Positions 29,941 to 40,279 of a stretch of DNA of 64,000 bases are shown here, piece after piece. The DNA comes from an uncultured Verrucomicrobiae bacterium (GTDB lineage: Bacteria > Verrucomicrobiota > Verrucomicrobiia > Limisphaerales > Palsa-1400), in assembly GCA_963702845.1 (NCBI GenBank), contig OY969763.1, forward strand, positions 1,504,001 through 1,568,000, written 5' to 3'. The translations under genes were made by a program, and so were the position numbers. Every line of letters begins with the position of its first letter. Positions within the stretch are counted from its first letter, which is position 1. Under the pieces are notes generated by a model that had not been told where the DNA came from, did not search any database, and saw only the letters and a program-made list of their open reading frames with translations.

Positions 29941-32658
29941 TCAAGGCTGTTCAATGGCGCGGTAATATCTTTGTGATAATCCAGTCGGAGGCATATCCGT
30001 AAAATCAATTGGGCCAATTGTAGGCGGATTAGTAAAAACGGGTTCCCATTTCACCAGATCTGAGGAAGCGAGGATCGTCACCGGATTGACGCCGGAGGAA
30101 CCGGTCAAATGCATTTGGACAGAGCCATTCGTTGTCAGGAAATTGTAAGTGGGGATATTAAAAATCAGCGCAGGAACGTTGAGGCTCATTAACGGACTGC
30201 TCAAGGAACCCACAGCGTTGCTGACTATCACGCGATAGATTCCGGAATTGGTCCAGCCAACGTTTGCCAACACCAGTGCTGAATTTGTCGCTCCCGGGAT
30301 ATTTGTTCCATTGAATTGCCATTGGTAAGTTGCCAGCCTCAAATTCAGAGCCCCGGGCGTGAACACGACGGTTTCACCAGCGGCAGCCGTTCTCCTGAAT
30401 GGTTTCCCAATCATCGCGATGTTGTGCGCGCTGCCGGCAAAGATCGATTCGATATTGGTTGTAGAAGGCGGAACCGAGCATTGATTAAAATTTGTATTTC
30501 CCCACGCAATCACAGAGCCATCGTCCCGCAAAGCCAAAAAGTGACCGTCACCTCCTGCAATGGAAACGATGTTCGTGGCAGCGGTGGGAACATTCGTCAA
30601 GCCATCGTAATTCAGCCCCCACGCAATCACAGAGCCATCATCCCGCAAAGCCAGACTGGCATATTGTGCAGTGCAAATAGCGATGAAGTTTGTCTCGGAT
30701 GGCGGAACCAGCGCCGGTGTGCCCCATTGCACCAAACTGCCATTGGCCTTCAAAGCCAATGAATTATCTCCTCTGGTTGATAATAACATGACGCTGTTGG
30801 CGAAGGCAGACACAGTGGTTCCCACACCCCACTGGACAATTTGGCCATTCGACAGAAGTGCCTGGCTAAAGTGAGAACCGGCTGCGACCGCGACGGCGGT
30901 TGAAATTGCTGGCACATTGGTTTGTCCGGATGAGTTGTCGCCCCAGGCCACGACGGTTCCATTTGTTTTTAACGCCAGACTGTGTGTTTCGCCTTCCGCA
31001 ACAGCAAAAACAGTTGCCCCCATCAACGGCACCGTATTTTGATTAAAAGTGTTATCACCCCAGGCGACCACGGTGCCATCGTTACGCAGGGCCAGGCTGT
31101 GATCCCCGCCACAGGCAATGGAAACTGCATTCGTTGCATCGGCCGGAATCGAAAGTTGCCCCGATGAATTGTCACCCCATGTGACCATCCGGCTGATGAC
31201 CAAATCAGCCACAAGTCCAGTGAATGATCCGTAAGAATTGCTCACTGCCAGATTTAAAATACCGGAGTCTTCGTAAGCCGTCGGATCAAAACAGACTGTT
31301 GATGAAGTCGCTCCGCTGATTCGGCTTCCGTCCGCCAAATCATTTCCATTCAATTGCGACTGAAAATTTAAAGGTCCGTCGCCTGCGACAGTCACCGGCA
31401 AGCAAAGGGGTGTTCCGACAACGGCGTTACGTTGTGTCGGCATCGGCATTAAAAAATAAGGTGAAGCCAACACGGTCAAATTGATAGCGGCGCCTGTCGC
31501 TGTTCCCGCAACATTGCTCACAACCAACGTGTAAGCGCCTGCATTTGTCATCTGCACATTTGCGAGCCTTAGCCATCGACCGGTCGCGCCGGAAATAAGG
31601 GAACCCTCCTGATACCACTGGAACTGTAACGGATATGTTCCACCCAAAACTGGCGTCAATAATGTCTCGCTGCCGACATGAACTGTTACGGTTTGATTCT
31701 GCACACGGATATACGGCGCGCCGGATCTCACCATCGCCAAATCATGACCTTCACCGCTGGAAATACTTGCGACATTACCGAGTCCAATCGGAACATTGGT
31801 AGCATTAATAAATCCGGCGTGGACATTTGTGATGCCGGCGTAATTCATGCCCCACGCGACGACGTGCCCATCAGACAACTGCGCCATGCTGTGTCCCCAT
31901 CCCGCTGAAATGGCAACCGCATTGGTTACGGAACCGGGCACAGTGCATTGTCCGTAGGTATTATCACCCCACGCCACAACGCTGCCGTCAGATCTCAATG
32001 CGAGACAATGTTCAAACCCGGCGGCAATGGCAACGACGTTGGTCGCAGAAGACGGCACTACGCTTTGCGAACCCCACGCAATAATGCTGCGGTCGGAACG
32101 CAGCGCGAGATTATGATAGTAACCGGATGCGATCGCGATGACGTCGGTCAAATTGGTCGGAACATTCGCTTGCCCATAACCATTGTTACCCCAGGCAACA
32201 ACCGTTCCGTCAGACCGCAAGGCAACGCTGTGCGCTGCGCCAGCGGACACGGCGACAACATTCAACACCGCAGCAGGTACATTGGTCTGTCCATCCGCGT
32301 TAAGCCCCCAGGCGACGACAGAGCCATCATTCAGTAAAGCAAGACTGTGGTCGCGGCCGGCGGCAATGGCCTTAGCATTGGTGGCGCCTGGCGGCACATT
32401 GGTTTGGCCGTTCCTATTTTTGCCCCAGGCGATGACAGAGCCATCCTGCTGGAGAACTACGCTGTGAAAACCGCCCGCAGCAACCGCAATTGGATTAGCA
32501 ATGCCAGGGACGACGTCGCACTGCTTGTTAAAATTGTCGCCCCAGGCAATGACATCCTGAGAGTAACCTGAATGGCTGGATAAAAGCAAAATAGCCAACG
32601 CCATTTTTCCATAAGCTCCGCCCATTTTTGGTTTGGCGCTTGTTCTCATCGCCATCAC
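29941..32658 (-). CDS. Secreted RCC1-repeat protein with Ig domains
   Basis: Many [28 protein letters not shown] repeats in two blocks, plus Ig I-set modules. Confidence 0.92.
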   Translation of the reverse strand: MMAMRTSAKPKMGGAYGKMALAILLLSSHSGYSQDVIAWGDNFNKQCDVVPGIANPIAVAAGGFHSVVLQQDGSVIAWGKNRNGQTNVPPGATNAKAIAAGRDHSLALLNDGSVVAWGLNADGQTNVPAAVLNVVAVSAGAAHSVALRSDGTVVAWGNNGYGQANVPTNLTDVIAIASGYYHNLALRSDRSIIAWGSQSVVPSSATNVVAIAAGFEHCLALRSDGSVVAWGDNTYGQCTVPGSVTNAVAISAGWGHSMAQLSDGHVVAWGMNYAGITNVHAGFINATNVPIGLGNVASISSGEGHDLAMVRSGAPYIRVQNQTVTVHVGSETLLTPVLGGTYPLQFQWYQEGSLISGATGRWLRLANVQMTNAGAYTLVVSNVAGTATGAAINLTVLASPYFLMPMPTQRNAVVGTPLCLPVTVAGDGPLNFQSQLNGNDLADGSRISGATSSTVCFDPTAYEDSGILNLAVSNSYGSFTGLVADLVISRMVTWGDNSSGQLSIPADATNAVSIACGGDHSLALRNDGTVVAWGDNTFNQNTVPLMGATVFAVAEGETHSLALKTNGTVVAWGDNSSGQTNVPAISTAVAVAAGSHFSQALLSNGQIVQWGVGTTVSAFANSVMLLSTRGDNSLALKANGSLVQWGTPALVPPSETNFIAICTAQYASLALRDDGSVIAWGLNYDGLTNVPTAATNIVSIAGGDGHFLALRDDGSVIAWGNTNFNQCSVPPSTTNIESIFAGSAHNIAMIGKPFRRTAAAGETVVFTPGALNLRLATYQWQFNGTNIPGATNSALVLANVGWTNSGIYRVIVSNAVGSLSSPLMSLNVPALIFNIPTYNFLTTNGSVQMHLTGSSGVNPVTILASSDLVKWEPVFTNPPTIGPIDFTDMPPTGLSQRYYRAIEQP

Positions 32659-33479
32659 GGATACGGCTGGCCCTGTGAGGTGCTGTCATCTTCAGACATG
32701 CTATAGCGGTCGTACCAGTTTGTAGTCTTTATAAATTCGCTATGCCCATCGGCACAAACTACGTTCGCCCCTTCGAGACCGTGTGCAGCCAAAGGATTCG
32801 GCGCATTTTCATGGTAGGGTGCGTGAAGTTCTAATGTATCCACAATAGTAAAAATATCGGACGGTCCGGAAATGGTTCCTCTAATTTTTAAATTGGCAGT
32901 CGAGTTGTTTAGATGATTTTGCACGCTTGTCAGCGTCTTACGGGGAAAGTAACCGAGGTTGTAAGTATGCCAAAAACCATAAACTTCGTAGCTATGGCCG
33001 TTGGTGCTATACTTGTCTCTCGCCTTGGTTGTGAGATCGGTCAATGGTTTGAGAATTACGTTGTTATAAGCAATAGCTGATATTACGTCTCCTCGAACGT
33101 TATTCATTGTTGCCGGACAGACAAATGTTTGGAGCGTGGTAACATAAGCGTTCGAGTTTCCTTGAACCCCATGCAGCCAGTTTAAATCGTCATCGGCCAT
33201 TTGGGTCTGCGTTCCATTTCCATTCGTGCTGTTGCTTGCGAATGTTCCGGTCAGACTGCCCAAAGGACCTAGAAAAATGGATTTACCTTGAGCATGATCC
33301 GCCGCGAACATTTGCTGACCAAAGCCCATTTGCTTTAAATTATTCAGGCAGGCAAATTTCAGCGAATTTGATTTCGTCTTGGCCGCGGCCGGTAAGATCA
33401 GCACCACTAGAATCGCGATGCAGGCGATGACAACGAGCAGCTCAATCAGAGTAAACGCTTTAGTAAGTTTTGAGCGCAT
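32655..33479 (-). CDS. Prepilin N-terminal cleavage/methylation protein with H-X9-DG motif
   Basis: [45 protein letters not shown] overlap with the RCC1 gene. Confidence 0.92.
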   Translation of the reverse strand: MRSKLTKAFTLIELLVVIACIAILVVLILPAAAKTKSNSLKFACLNNLKQMGFGQQMFAADHAQGKSIFLGPLGSLTGTFASNSTNGNGTQTQMADDDLNWLHGVQGNSNAYVTTLQTFVCPATMNNVRGDVISAIAYNNVILKPLTDLTTKARDKYSTNGHSYEVYGFWHTYNLGYFPRKTLTSVQNHLNNSTANLKIRGTISGPSDIFTIVDTLELHAPYHENAPNPLAAHGLEGANVVCADGHSEFIKTTNWYDRYSMSEDDSTSQGQPYP

Positions 33480-33595
33480 GATTACTCTGACTGAATATTT
33501 TATTCCGCCGCAGGCGTCGAGGTTTAATAATAATCGTGAGCCTTGTCACGATCCTAATTCTGCCGAATGACGGTTGGTGAAATTTCGCTTAAATC

Positions 33596-33829
33596 TCAGC
33601 CGAGCGCGGCAATTTTCTCGCGACCTCGCATCGTTGGCCCAGCGACAGCCGGTGTGGGAACAGTCGCCTGCGCCAATTCCGCCGGAGCGTCTGACGTGAT
33701 CCAGCGGATCGCTTTCCATGAACCCATTTCCAATCGGGAATCGGCGCCGTATTCGGTTTTCAAGTGGAACTGCACCACGTCAAATTGCAACGGGCCGACT
33801 GCGGCGAGCAACGGGACCCGTTGCGCCGA
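33596..33829 (-). pseudogene. prfC: Fragment of peptide chain release factor 3 C-terminus
   Basis: AQRVPLLAAVGPLQFDVVQFHLKTEYGADSRLE...WKAIRW resembles the RF3 C-terminal GAVGxLQFxVV...EYG motif; no 5' part. Confidence 0.75.
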
Positions 33830-34210
33830 TACGCATCCTTGAAGCCATCGGCGAAGGGCGCTGTTTCGCGCTTTCCACTACGCCGGACGGCCGTACGACT
33901 TCGATTTCGACTTTTCAACCGACGCGAAATTGGTCTGCACCGAACTGGTCTAAAAATCCTACGAACCATCGACGGGCTGCACCGGCCTCAAATTCCCGCT
34001 GGTCGAAATGCTCGGTCGGCAGGTCACTCCCGCCAACGAATTGGCCAGACAGTTCGACGCTCAATTTGGAACCGGTGGATCAGCAGTTTGATGTCGTGGC
34101 GTTTCTGGATGGGAACGAAAAGCAGAAAAAAGCGGTTTTGGCGTCGGTGGACGAATTTCGACAGACCTGGAAACGGCCCAAATGGCACGTTTTTGTGCAG
34201 AAATAGCCCA
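33826..34210 (+). pseudogene. Degenerate duplicate of the 3' end of the YiiX-like gene (29192-29663)
   Basis: Near-identical DNA with an ~87 bp deletion, a TAC>TAA change, a 1-bp insertion and a few substitutions. Confidence 0.92.
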
Positions 34211-34214
34211 AAAT

Positions 34215-35093
34215 TCATAGTCCAGCGTAAACGAGCCTGATAAAGAACGCTGGATTGATCACAAATTGTCCCCATTTTTCATCCAAGGCGGCTGAAGGTT
34301 TCGCGGCAATCACTTCGTCCAGCGACTTGCCCTGTCGTTTCAGCGCAGCGACGTTGTCTCGCGCCGTAACTAGCATGTTGCGAAACTCAATCAGCTGTGA
34401 ACGCGTTCCTACGGGACCATGGCCGGGAACCACAATGGTTTTGTCAGTGGTACGTTCGATTGCCTTGTCGGCCCATTTGATTGCGTCATTGATGTTGCCG
34501 CCATCTTGATTATCAATAAATGGGTAGTTGCCATTCCAGAACGTATCCCCGAGCGCCAATAAATCCGCCTTTTCAAAATAGACTGACAGGTCTCCATCTG
34601 TATGGCCGGGACCATAATGGTTTACCTGAATCGTGTCCCCTGCAAAGATGAATGTCGTGCTGTCATCTACGAGTATTGTGGGGCGCGCACCAGCCGGTAG
34701 CCGGGGCATGGTCCAGTTCCAATCGTCGACGTGAGTATCCTGCGACAAGTATTTCAGTGTGTTCGGGTGCGCAATAATGGTTGCCCCCGAGTCATGCAGC
34801 CATCCATTTCCATCAGTATGGTCCCAGTGCCAATGCGTGTTCACTACATATGTCACGGGTGTAGGGCCGATCTCATTGAGCGCGGCTCTCACTTTAGCTT
34901 CCGATGCGCTGATTCCAGCATCAACCAAAAACCTCCCATGATCGCCTGACAGGACGACGATATTGGCACCCGATCCCATCAACACGCTGACATTTCCACG
35001 CAATGTTTGCGTAACGATGTCTCCTTCTGCTCTGCGTAAATAGTGGGCTCCAGCGCCGGTGCTGAAGTAATCCTGCTTTGGTTCGGTATTCAT
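34215..35093 (-). CDS. MBL-fold metallo-hydrolase (cyclase-like)
   Basis: LVDAG, NTHWHWDHTDGN, GHTDGD, LGD, VPGHG. Confidence 0.92.
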   Translation of the reverse strand: MNTEPKQDYFSTGAGAHYLRRAEGDIVTQTLRGNVSVLMGSGANIVVLSGDHGRFLVDAGISASEAKVRAALNEIGPTPVTYVVNTHWHWDHTDGNGWLHDSGATIIAHPNTLKYLSQDTHVDDWNWTMPRLPAGARPTILVDDSTTFIFAGDTIQVNHYGPGHTDGDLSVYFEKADLLALGDTFWNGNYPFIDNQDGGNINDAIKWADKAIERTTDKTIVVPGHGPVGTRSQLIEFRNMLVTARDNVAALKRQGKSLDEVIAAKPSAALDEKWGQFVINPAFFIRLVYAGL

Positions 35094-35311
35094 CTCAATT
35101 CCTCTTTTCTAAGTTCCGCTTACTGTCTCAGCTTAGCAGGAGTAATCACTCGATGCCACGACATGGATGCGCCAATTTCGGACATCGCTGACCGATAGGA
35201 ATTTGCTTTTTTGTACGCCGCCGCGGTGGAGGATTTCCCTTAGTGCGTTTACGTAATGATGAATAAAATATTTCTTAAGGGACGGCTCGTTTTAAACGAA
35301 ATCAAAAGAAA

Positions 35312-35345
35312 CTCGCCGCCGATGTGGATTCACACCGGCGGCGAG
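35312..35345 (-). terminator. Rho-independent terminator
   Basis: CTCGCCGCCGATGTG-GATT-CACACCGGCGGCGAG hairpin followed on the minus strand by TTTCTTTT, 20 bp after the stop at 35366. Confidence 0.75.
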
Positions 35346-35365
35346 CACAATCTCACTAGATCAGC

Positions 35366-36100
35366 CTATGGATTGGAAGGCTCGGTAGAGGGCGAACTCG
35401 AAGCATCCGAATCGCTCGATGGTGAGGTCGAAGCGCCGGAACTACTCGGCGACGTGCTTGTTCCTGTTGGCTTGGCTGATTGAGTTGACGTGCTTGATTG
35501 CGGGGTCGTCGTGTTTGAACTGCTGGGTGGCGTTGTCTTCTGCTGATAAAGCTGTTGCTGTTGCTGATTCAACTCCTGTTGTTGCCTGCTCAAAGCCTGC
35601 TGTTGCCTAATCAGTGCCTGTTGTTGCTTATTCAGTTGCTGTACCCTGATCAGTTCCTGCTCTTGTTGCTTATTCATTTCTTGTTGCGTAATCAGGTCGC
35701 GCTCTTGTTGAGTCAATTGCTGCTGTTGATTGTTGAACTGCTGCTGTAGCTGGTCGAGCTGCTGCTGTTGCTGATTCAATGTCTGCGCCGGTTGATGGTA
35801 TGCCACAGTGCCAGACTGATATCGCGTCTGTGATTGATTACTCTGCTGAGGTTGAATGCTCTGCTGAGGTTGCTGAGATTGCGTAGTGCCGCTGGGCTGA
35901 ACCCAGGTCGCACCAGAAGATTCTTGAATCGTTTGGCGGTTGCGATACCCCGGTAACCAACCGTTGGCCTCGCTTGCAGGCGAATAGGTCGTTTTCGATG
36001 TGGTCTGATCCTGCTGGCGCGACGACCAGCAACCTGACAACAGCAACAATGTAGCGGTTCCGCAGAGAACCGTCCCGGTATGTTTGTAAATTTTGTTCAT
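35366..36100 (-). CDS. Gln-rich coiled-coil lipoprotein
   Basis: Lipobox LLSG-C, poly-Q heptads, Ser/Thr/Pro-rich tail. Confidence 0.75.
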   Translation of the reverse strand: MNKIYKHTGTVLCGTATLLLLSGCWSSRQQDQTTSKTTYSPASEANGWLPGYRNRQTIQESSGATWVQPSGTTQSQQPQQSIQPQQSNQSQTRYQSGTVAYHQPAQTLNQQQQQLDQLQQQFNNQQQQLTQQERDLITQQEMNKQQEQELIRVQQLNKQQQALIRQQQALSRQQQELNQQQQQLYQQKTTPPSSSNTTTPQSSTSTQSAKPTGTSTSPSSSGASTSPSSDSDASSSPSTEPSNP

Positions 36101-36270
36101 TGGTTTATCTCCGGGAACGACTTTCTAAAAAATCTCGGTTTTGCGCAATCAGACAAAGAACCGGTTGCGGCATCAGTGGCCGTCGTAACGGCTCTAGGGG
36201 AACGGGAGGTCAGGGATTCTGGCAAAAATTCATTTCTTCATCCCTCACTTCCGGCCAAAATACTTTGCCC

Positions 36271-36480
36271 ATGGCGCAAAAACGAACGAACTACTCCGCA
36301 TTCATCTGCATCGCGCTGGTTCTCGCCGTCTTTTTTGTGTTCTGACAAGTGCTCGCGCGCGACTTGGTCAATTGCGACGACCTCGGCTACATCACCAATA
36401 ATCAAAACATTCATCATGGACTCACGCTCGAGAGCGTGAAATGGACGTTCACAACTGGTCCCTCGATCAACTGGCAACTG
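36271..36480 (+). pseudogene. N-terminal remnant of a TMTC-like (GT-C/TPR) membrane protein
   Basis: MAQK...ICIALVLAVFFVF*QV...LVNCDDLGYITNNQNIHHGLTLESVKWTFTTG..NW, with an in-frame TGA at 36343. Confidence 0.65.
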
Positions 36481-36765
36481 ATAGGAATCTGCTTTTTGTA
36501 CAGCTGGCGCGGTAGAGGCTGAGGTCGGTGGGGACACAGACGAGATCGTTGGCGCGCAACAGTCGCAGCGGTTGTCGCCGAAGGCCACCCGCGGCGTTTT
36601 TTCGCCGGCGTGCGTCGTCATTGCGGTGGCAAGGATCAGCAGGGCAAGGCGACGATTTTAAATATGCAGATGGATTCTTCGGATGTGTGAGTGAATAGGA
36701 TATCAGGAACAAATTCCTTCTTCATCGCTACCACCCGTTGATTGTGCAGAAACGCTTCATGCTCA

Positions 36766-37854
36766 TTACATCCACGCCGAGATTCGGCGACAGGCAAAAC
36801 GTAACAGCGGATTGCGGAAATAGATCATGGCCGGAGGCAGCAACTGCGGCCTCCCTCCAAATCCCATTTTGAAGGAATCGTAATGATGTTGCTGCGCTTC
36901 GGTCAGCGGTTTACCTGCTAGCAAAGCTTCGGCTAACGGCCGCGCCACCCCGGCAAAATCAAAGTAAGTGCAACCGAGCTCATACGCTTTCTGCATCGAG
37001 TGATGGGTTAAGATGACATTCGGTTCTTGTTTGGCGTGCTGACCGTTCCACCCTTTTTTCCACGTCGTGAAACGTTTGCCGAATTTTAAATCAAGCGTCG
37101 CCGCAACCATTTCCCCCTGGCAAACGGCGAAGGCAAGTCGGGATTCGCCGTGCTTGCCGAACGCTTGTACCAGTTCCGTCAACGCTTCAAGGGTGGGAGG
37201 ATTGGGATGCACGCCTTGCCGCTGGCAGGAAGACACCATCAAGTCAAAAAAAACGGGAAGGTCCGCGTCGCTGCCCTCGTGGATTTTAACGCCCAGGCGC
37301 TGGGCTTTGCGGATGTCGCCGCGGCGGCTTCCTCTTAACCTTGCTTCCCACGCCCCCGGCGGGCCGGAAAGATCAACCCACAACGTAGCGTCGATGACAT
37401 TCAACATACGGTTGCGGGCAAACCCGCGGTTTTGCAGTGCGTCCACCAGTGCAGGGCTGTGATCCGGCGGTTGAGCGACGATTGCAATGAGTCGATGTGA
37501 TCGGGTTAGCCCGATCAAAACATCCAAAGCGAAAGATTCTAGTTCCACGACAGCTGGGGACAGAGCTGGACCTTTGCTTACATATCCAACTCTCCCGAGA
37601 CGGGTCGATTTCCAAAGCATTTGAAAGCCGCCCACAATTCCTCCTTCCTGCTCCAGCGTCACACGCAAGCATTGCCAGCCCTGGCTCTGTTTGGACTGCG
37701 ACCAGGCGCTTGATTGCTGAAACTGTCCGACGGAATCACTCCGGAGAAAATCATCCCAGGCATCGTTCTCAAATGCCGTGGAAAGCGAAGCATTGACCGT
37801 CCGGCCTTGAATCACGCGGGAAGCGAGAAGTGATGGATGCTGTGGCGAAGTCAT
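36766..37854 (-). CDS. FemAB/FemX-like GNAT peptidyl transferase
   Basis: WDDFL...FQQSSAW, YVSKGP, TLWVDLS, IRKAQRLGV, FDFAG, FKMGFGG; ATGA overlap with the upstream gene. Confidence 0.82.
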   Translation of the reverse strand: MTSPQHPSLLASRVIQGRTVNASLSTAFENDAWDDFLRSDSVGQFQQSSAWSQSKQSQGWQCLRVTLEQEGGIVGGFQMLWKSTRLGRVGYVSKGPALSPAVVELESFALDVLIGLTRSHRLIAIVAQPPDHSPALVDALQNRGFARNRMLNVIDATLWVDLSGPPGAWEARLRGSRRGDIRKAQRLGVKIHEGSDADLPVFFDLMVSSCQRQGVHPNPPTLEALTELVQAFGKHGESRLAFAVCQGEMVAATLDLKFGKRFTTWKKGWNGQHAKQEPNVILTHHSMQKAYELGCTYFDFAGVARPLAEALLAGKPLTEAQQHHYDSFKMGFGGRPQLLPPAMIYFRNPLLRFACRRISAWM

Positions 37855-38726
37855 GTCCCGGGGCCAGCCGTTCCGTGAAGAATCGCGTATTGCCGATTCA
37901 GACAATATTTGAGAACCCAACTTATCACAGGGCTAAGCTGCAGTTTTGAAGGCTTGCGAACGAGTTTCGCACCACGCATCAAATAATAATTATCCATACC
38001 ATTTCCGTCCTGGTAGCGGCGGACAAAGATTTGTTCAATTCCCGGAGTTCGGCCGGCTGCCTCGCGCAAGGTGTGGAACATCAGCTCACCAGCCCCCTGT
38101 TGCATTGCTTTTGTTTGACTGAAGAAGGTTGCGTAGAGGAGCGTCGCGTCCACCAAATAGGAAATCGAAATCGACGTCAAACCACTGCAATCGTAAGCCC
38201 CGAGGATCAGCGTCTTCGGTTGTTGGAGCAGCGTGGCGGCCCATTGGCAAAAGACAGCCTTGCGTCGCCGAGCTGACATATATTGATAGCCGGTTCGGCT
38301 GTAAAATGACGAGTAAGCCGCAAAGCCCTGGTCCTGAAGTTCGCCGAGATTCCGGACCACTCGAATCTCCATTTTTTTCGCAGCGGCATTGATCAAGCGC
38401 CGTCGGTTGTGGCTTAATTGCCAAAGCGCATATCCCCGCAGATCATCCAGCATCAGAAAGCTCGTCGTGGAGTTGGCCTCGCGCTCATCGGCAACCACAT
38501 ATTGGAATCCGCTGCATAAAGCCCGCGGCAATTCCGTTTCTCCAGGAGCATAGGCCTCGTACGGAAGCAACGGACGGAAAAAATTCTTCCGCGACCGTGT
38601 CCAGTAAACGCGCCCCACCTTTTCAACCCTGTCCCCTAGGGCGGCTCGGGCGGCGGCGTACTCTTCCACCGTCATTTGTTCGGGCTGGATCACCGTGGGA
38701 GCAACTGCTGGAATTTGTGCGTTCAA
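37851..38726 (-). CDS. GNAT-like hypothetical protein
   Basis: 291 aa ORF coupled to the FemAB-like gene; LSHNRRRLINAA resembles an Acetyltransf_6 motif. Confidence 0.65.
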   Translation of the reverse strand: MNAQIPAVAPTVIQPEQMTVEEYAAARAALGDRVEKVGRVYWTRSRKNFFRPLLPYEAYAPGETELPRALCSGFQYVVADEREANSTTSFLMLDDLRGYALWQLSHNRRRLINAAAKKMEIRVVRNLGELQDQGFAAYSSFYSRTGYQYMSARRRKAVFCQWAATLLQQPKTLILGAYDCSGLTSISISYLVDATLLYATFFSQTKAMQQGAGELMFHTLREAAGRTPGIEQIFVRRYQDGNGMDNYYLMRGAKLVRKPSKLQLSPVISWVLKYCLNRQYAILHGTAGPGT

Positions 38727-38940
38727 CGGAAGTTCGGTTTCTATCCAGACAGTTTGCCAAGGTCTGAAACGCCGTGTAAAGCAGCTGTGGTAATAAAGTT
38801 GAGTCCAATGAAGGCAATCTCATACCTCTTGCTATCGCGATGCGATACCAACCCGCGGATTCACGGCGGATGTTTCAGTGTTTGGGGCACACGTTCTAAA
38901 AAGCCCTTACATTTTCATCAAGCGGCTACATAGCGTTCAA

Positions 38941-39008
38941 AAGTCAAAAAAGGTCAACTAAAGGAAGTAAAAGGCAACAAAATCAGATTTTTTCAGTTTT
39001 AACAGTTT
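38941..39008. repeat. 10-bp phased A-rich array
   Basis: aagtcaaaaa/aggtcaacta/aaggaagtaa/aaggcaacaa followed by tcagattttt/tcagttttaa/cagttttc. Confidence 0.6.
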
Positions 39009-39104
39009 TCAAAATCCCTTCAGTTTGACCACATGGAGGGTGTTTGGTTTGGCGCGGTCATATAGCGAAGCGCGTCGGCGGCGTCATCGCCGCCAGCTCC
39101 TCGC
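39009..39104 (-). pseudogene. Terminase large subunit C-terminal remnant A
   Basis: GAGGDDAADALRYMTA(fs)KPNTLHVVKLKGF*. Confidence 0.75.
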
Positions 39105-39179
39105 ATAAAATTCGAAACGAACTCAAAAGCTCAAATACAGATAAACCGCGAACTACGCGAAATATGCGAAAGGGTTTTT

Positions 39180-39366
39180 CATCGGCGCTGTGCGCGGTTG
39201 ATCGAGTGCCTGACGGCATTGCAGTACCGATCCGGCTCGGCCTGAGGATGTGGACAAAGTTGACGAAGAGGATGGAATCGGCGGAGACGACGCGGCGGAT
39301 GCGTTGAGGTATATGGTGGCGACGAAGTCGCGCGTAGTGGTTCAACGGAAGTTGAGGGGGTTGTGA
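39180..39366 (+). pseudogene. Terminase large subunit C-terminal remnant B
   Basis: HRRCARLIECLTALQY(fs)DPARPEDVDKVDEEDGIGGDDAADALRYMVATKSRVVVQRKLRGL*, with a TerL nuclease-type C..LI..L...D...DALRY motif. Confidence 0.8.
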
Positions 39367-39372
39367 ACTGGC

Positions 39373-39396
39373 GCCCAACACTCCAACCTCAGCGCA
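39373..39396 (-). other. Right half of an attC-like site
   Basis: Minus strand GCGCTGAGGTTGGAGTGTTGGGC ends in GTTRRRY just after the TIR stop and resembles the right arm at 44192-44213. Confidence 0.5.
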
Positions 39397-39408
39397 TGAT
39401 GATGCTCT

Positions 39409-40100
39409 TCATTCAAGGGGCCATCGAATCGGGTCAATGTCGCGCCGCTCAGCCCGCAGCTTGGCGATGATCTCATCGTAGTCGTGGTCCAGGACTACCG
39501 CCCTAACCTCTCCACGGACGGAGCGAACTGCCTCTAGGTTCTGCTCATAGAGTGTCGGATCGACGTAAAAGGTGCCGTCCCATCCGAGCGCAGACAAAAT
39601 ATCCCCGACTATGTAAATATCTTTCAGAGGATGTTGGCGTGCCTCGAGTGCGAGGCTCTGTTTTGGTATTCCGTGTGCAACGCCAGCAAGATACATGAGA
39701 GACTCGTAGTAGCGGTCGGTCGAGAAATCCAAGTAGATGCGATCCCGGAGCCATGCAGGAGGCGTCACTGATTCGAGCAAGAGAGGCAACACTACCTTGC
39801 TGCTTGTCTGCTTCTCCTTGGCGAACGCACTCGCCAATTCATCTTGGCACCATTCTGAATCCACAGACTTGGGCGAGAGCACAATTGCGACAAATTTTGA
39901 CGCATCCAGTCCGCGGCCAATTGAACGATGCAATGAATCGCCAACCTCTAGTTCCCATTCGTCAAACCAGACGTCGATTCCAAGACGCTGAGGTCGAGAA
40001 CAAGCTTGCGTGCGAATTCTTTGTCCTTGGAACTGTGACTCACGAATACATGAGGCTTCCGATCAGGATGACTCTCAAATGTTGGGCGTGCTACTGCCAT
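39409..40100 (-). CDS. TIR domain protein 1 (frameshift near 39991)
   Basis: MAVARP...VFVSHSSKDKEFARKLVLDL|QRLGIDVWFDEWELEVGDSL...IVLSPKSVDSEWCQDEL; one C missing. Confidence 0.85.
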
Positions 40101-40157
40101 AGGGGGCCGAGCCGGACGGGCCGCTGGTCAGAGGGGGCGTGAGCTTCCCAAAAAAAG

Positions 40158-40186
40158 TTGACAAACCGGCGTTGCGGCGCTAATCG
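40158..40186 (+). promoter_or_regulatory. Sigma70-type promoter of the FRG gene
   Basis: TTGACA-N17-TAATCG. Confidence 0.55.
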
Positions 40187-40279
40187 CACAAGGAAACTCT
40201 CCATCTTTAACGATTACTTATGGGGTTCGGTGGAAAGTTGTCATATATATATATAGCGCTAAAACGCACATCAACATTT

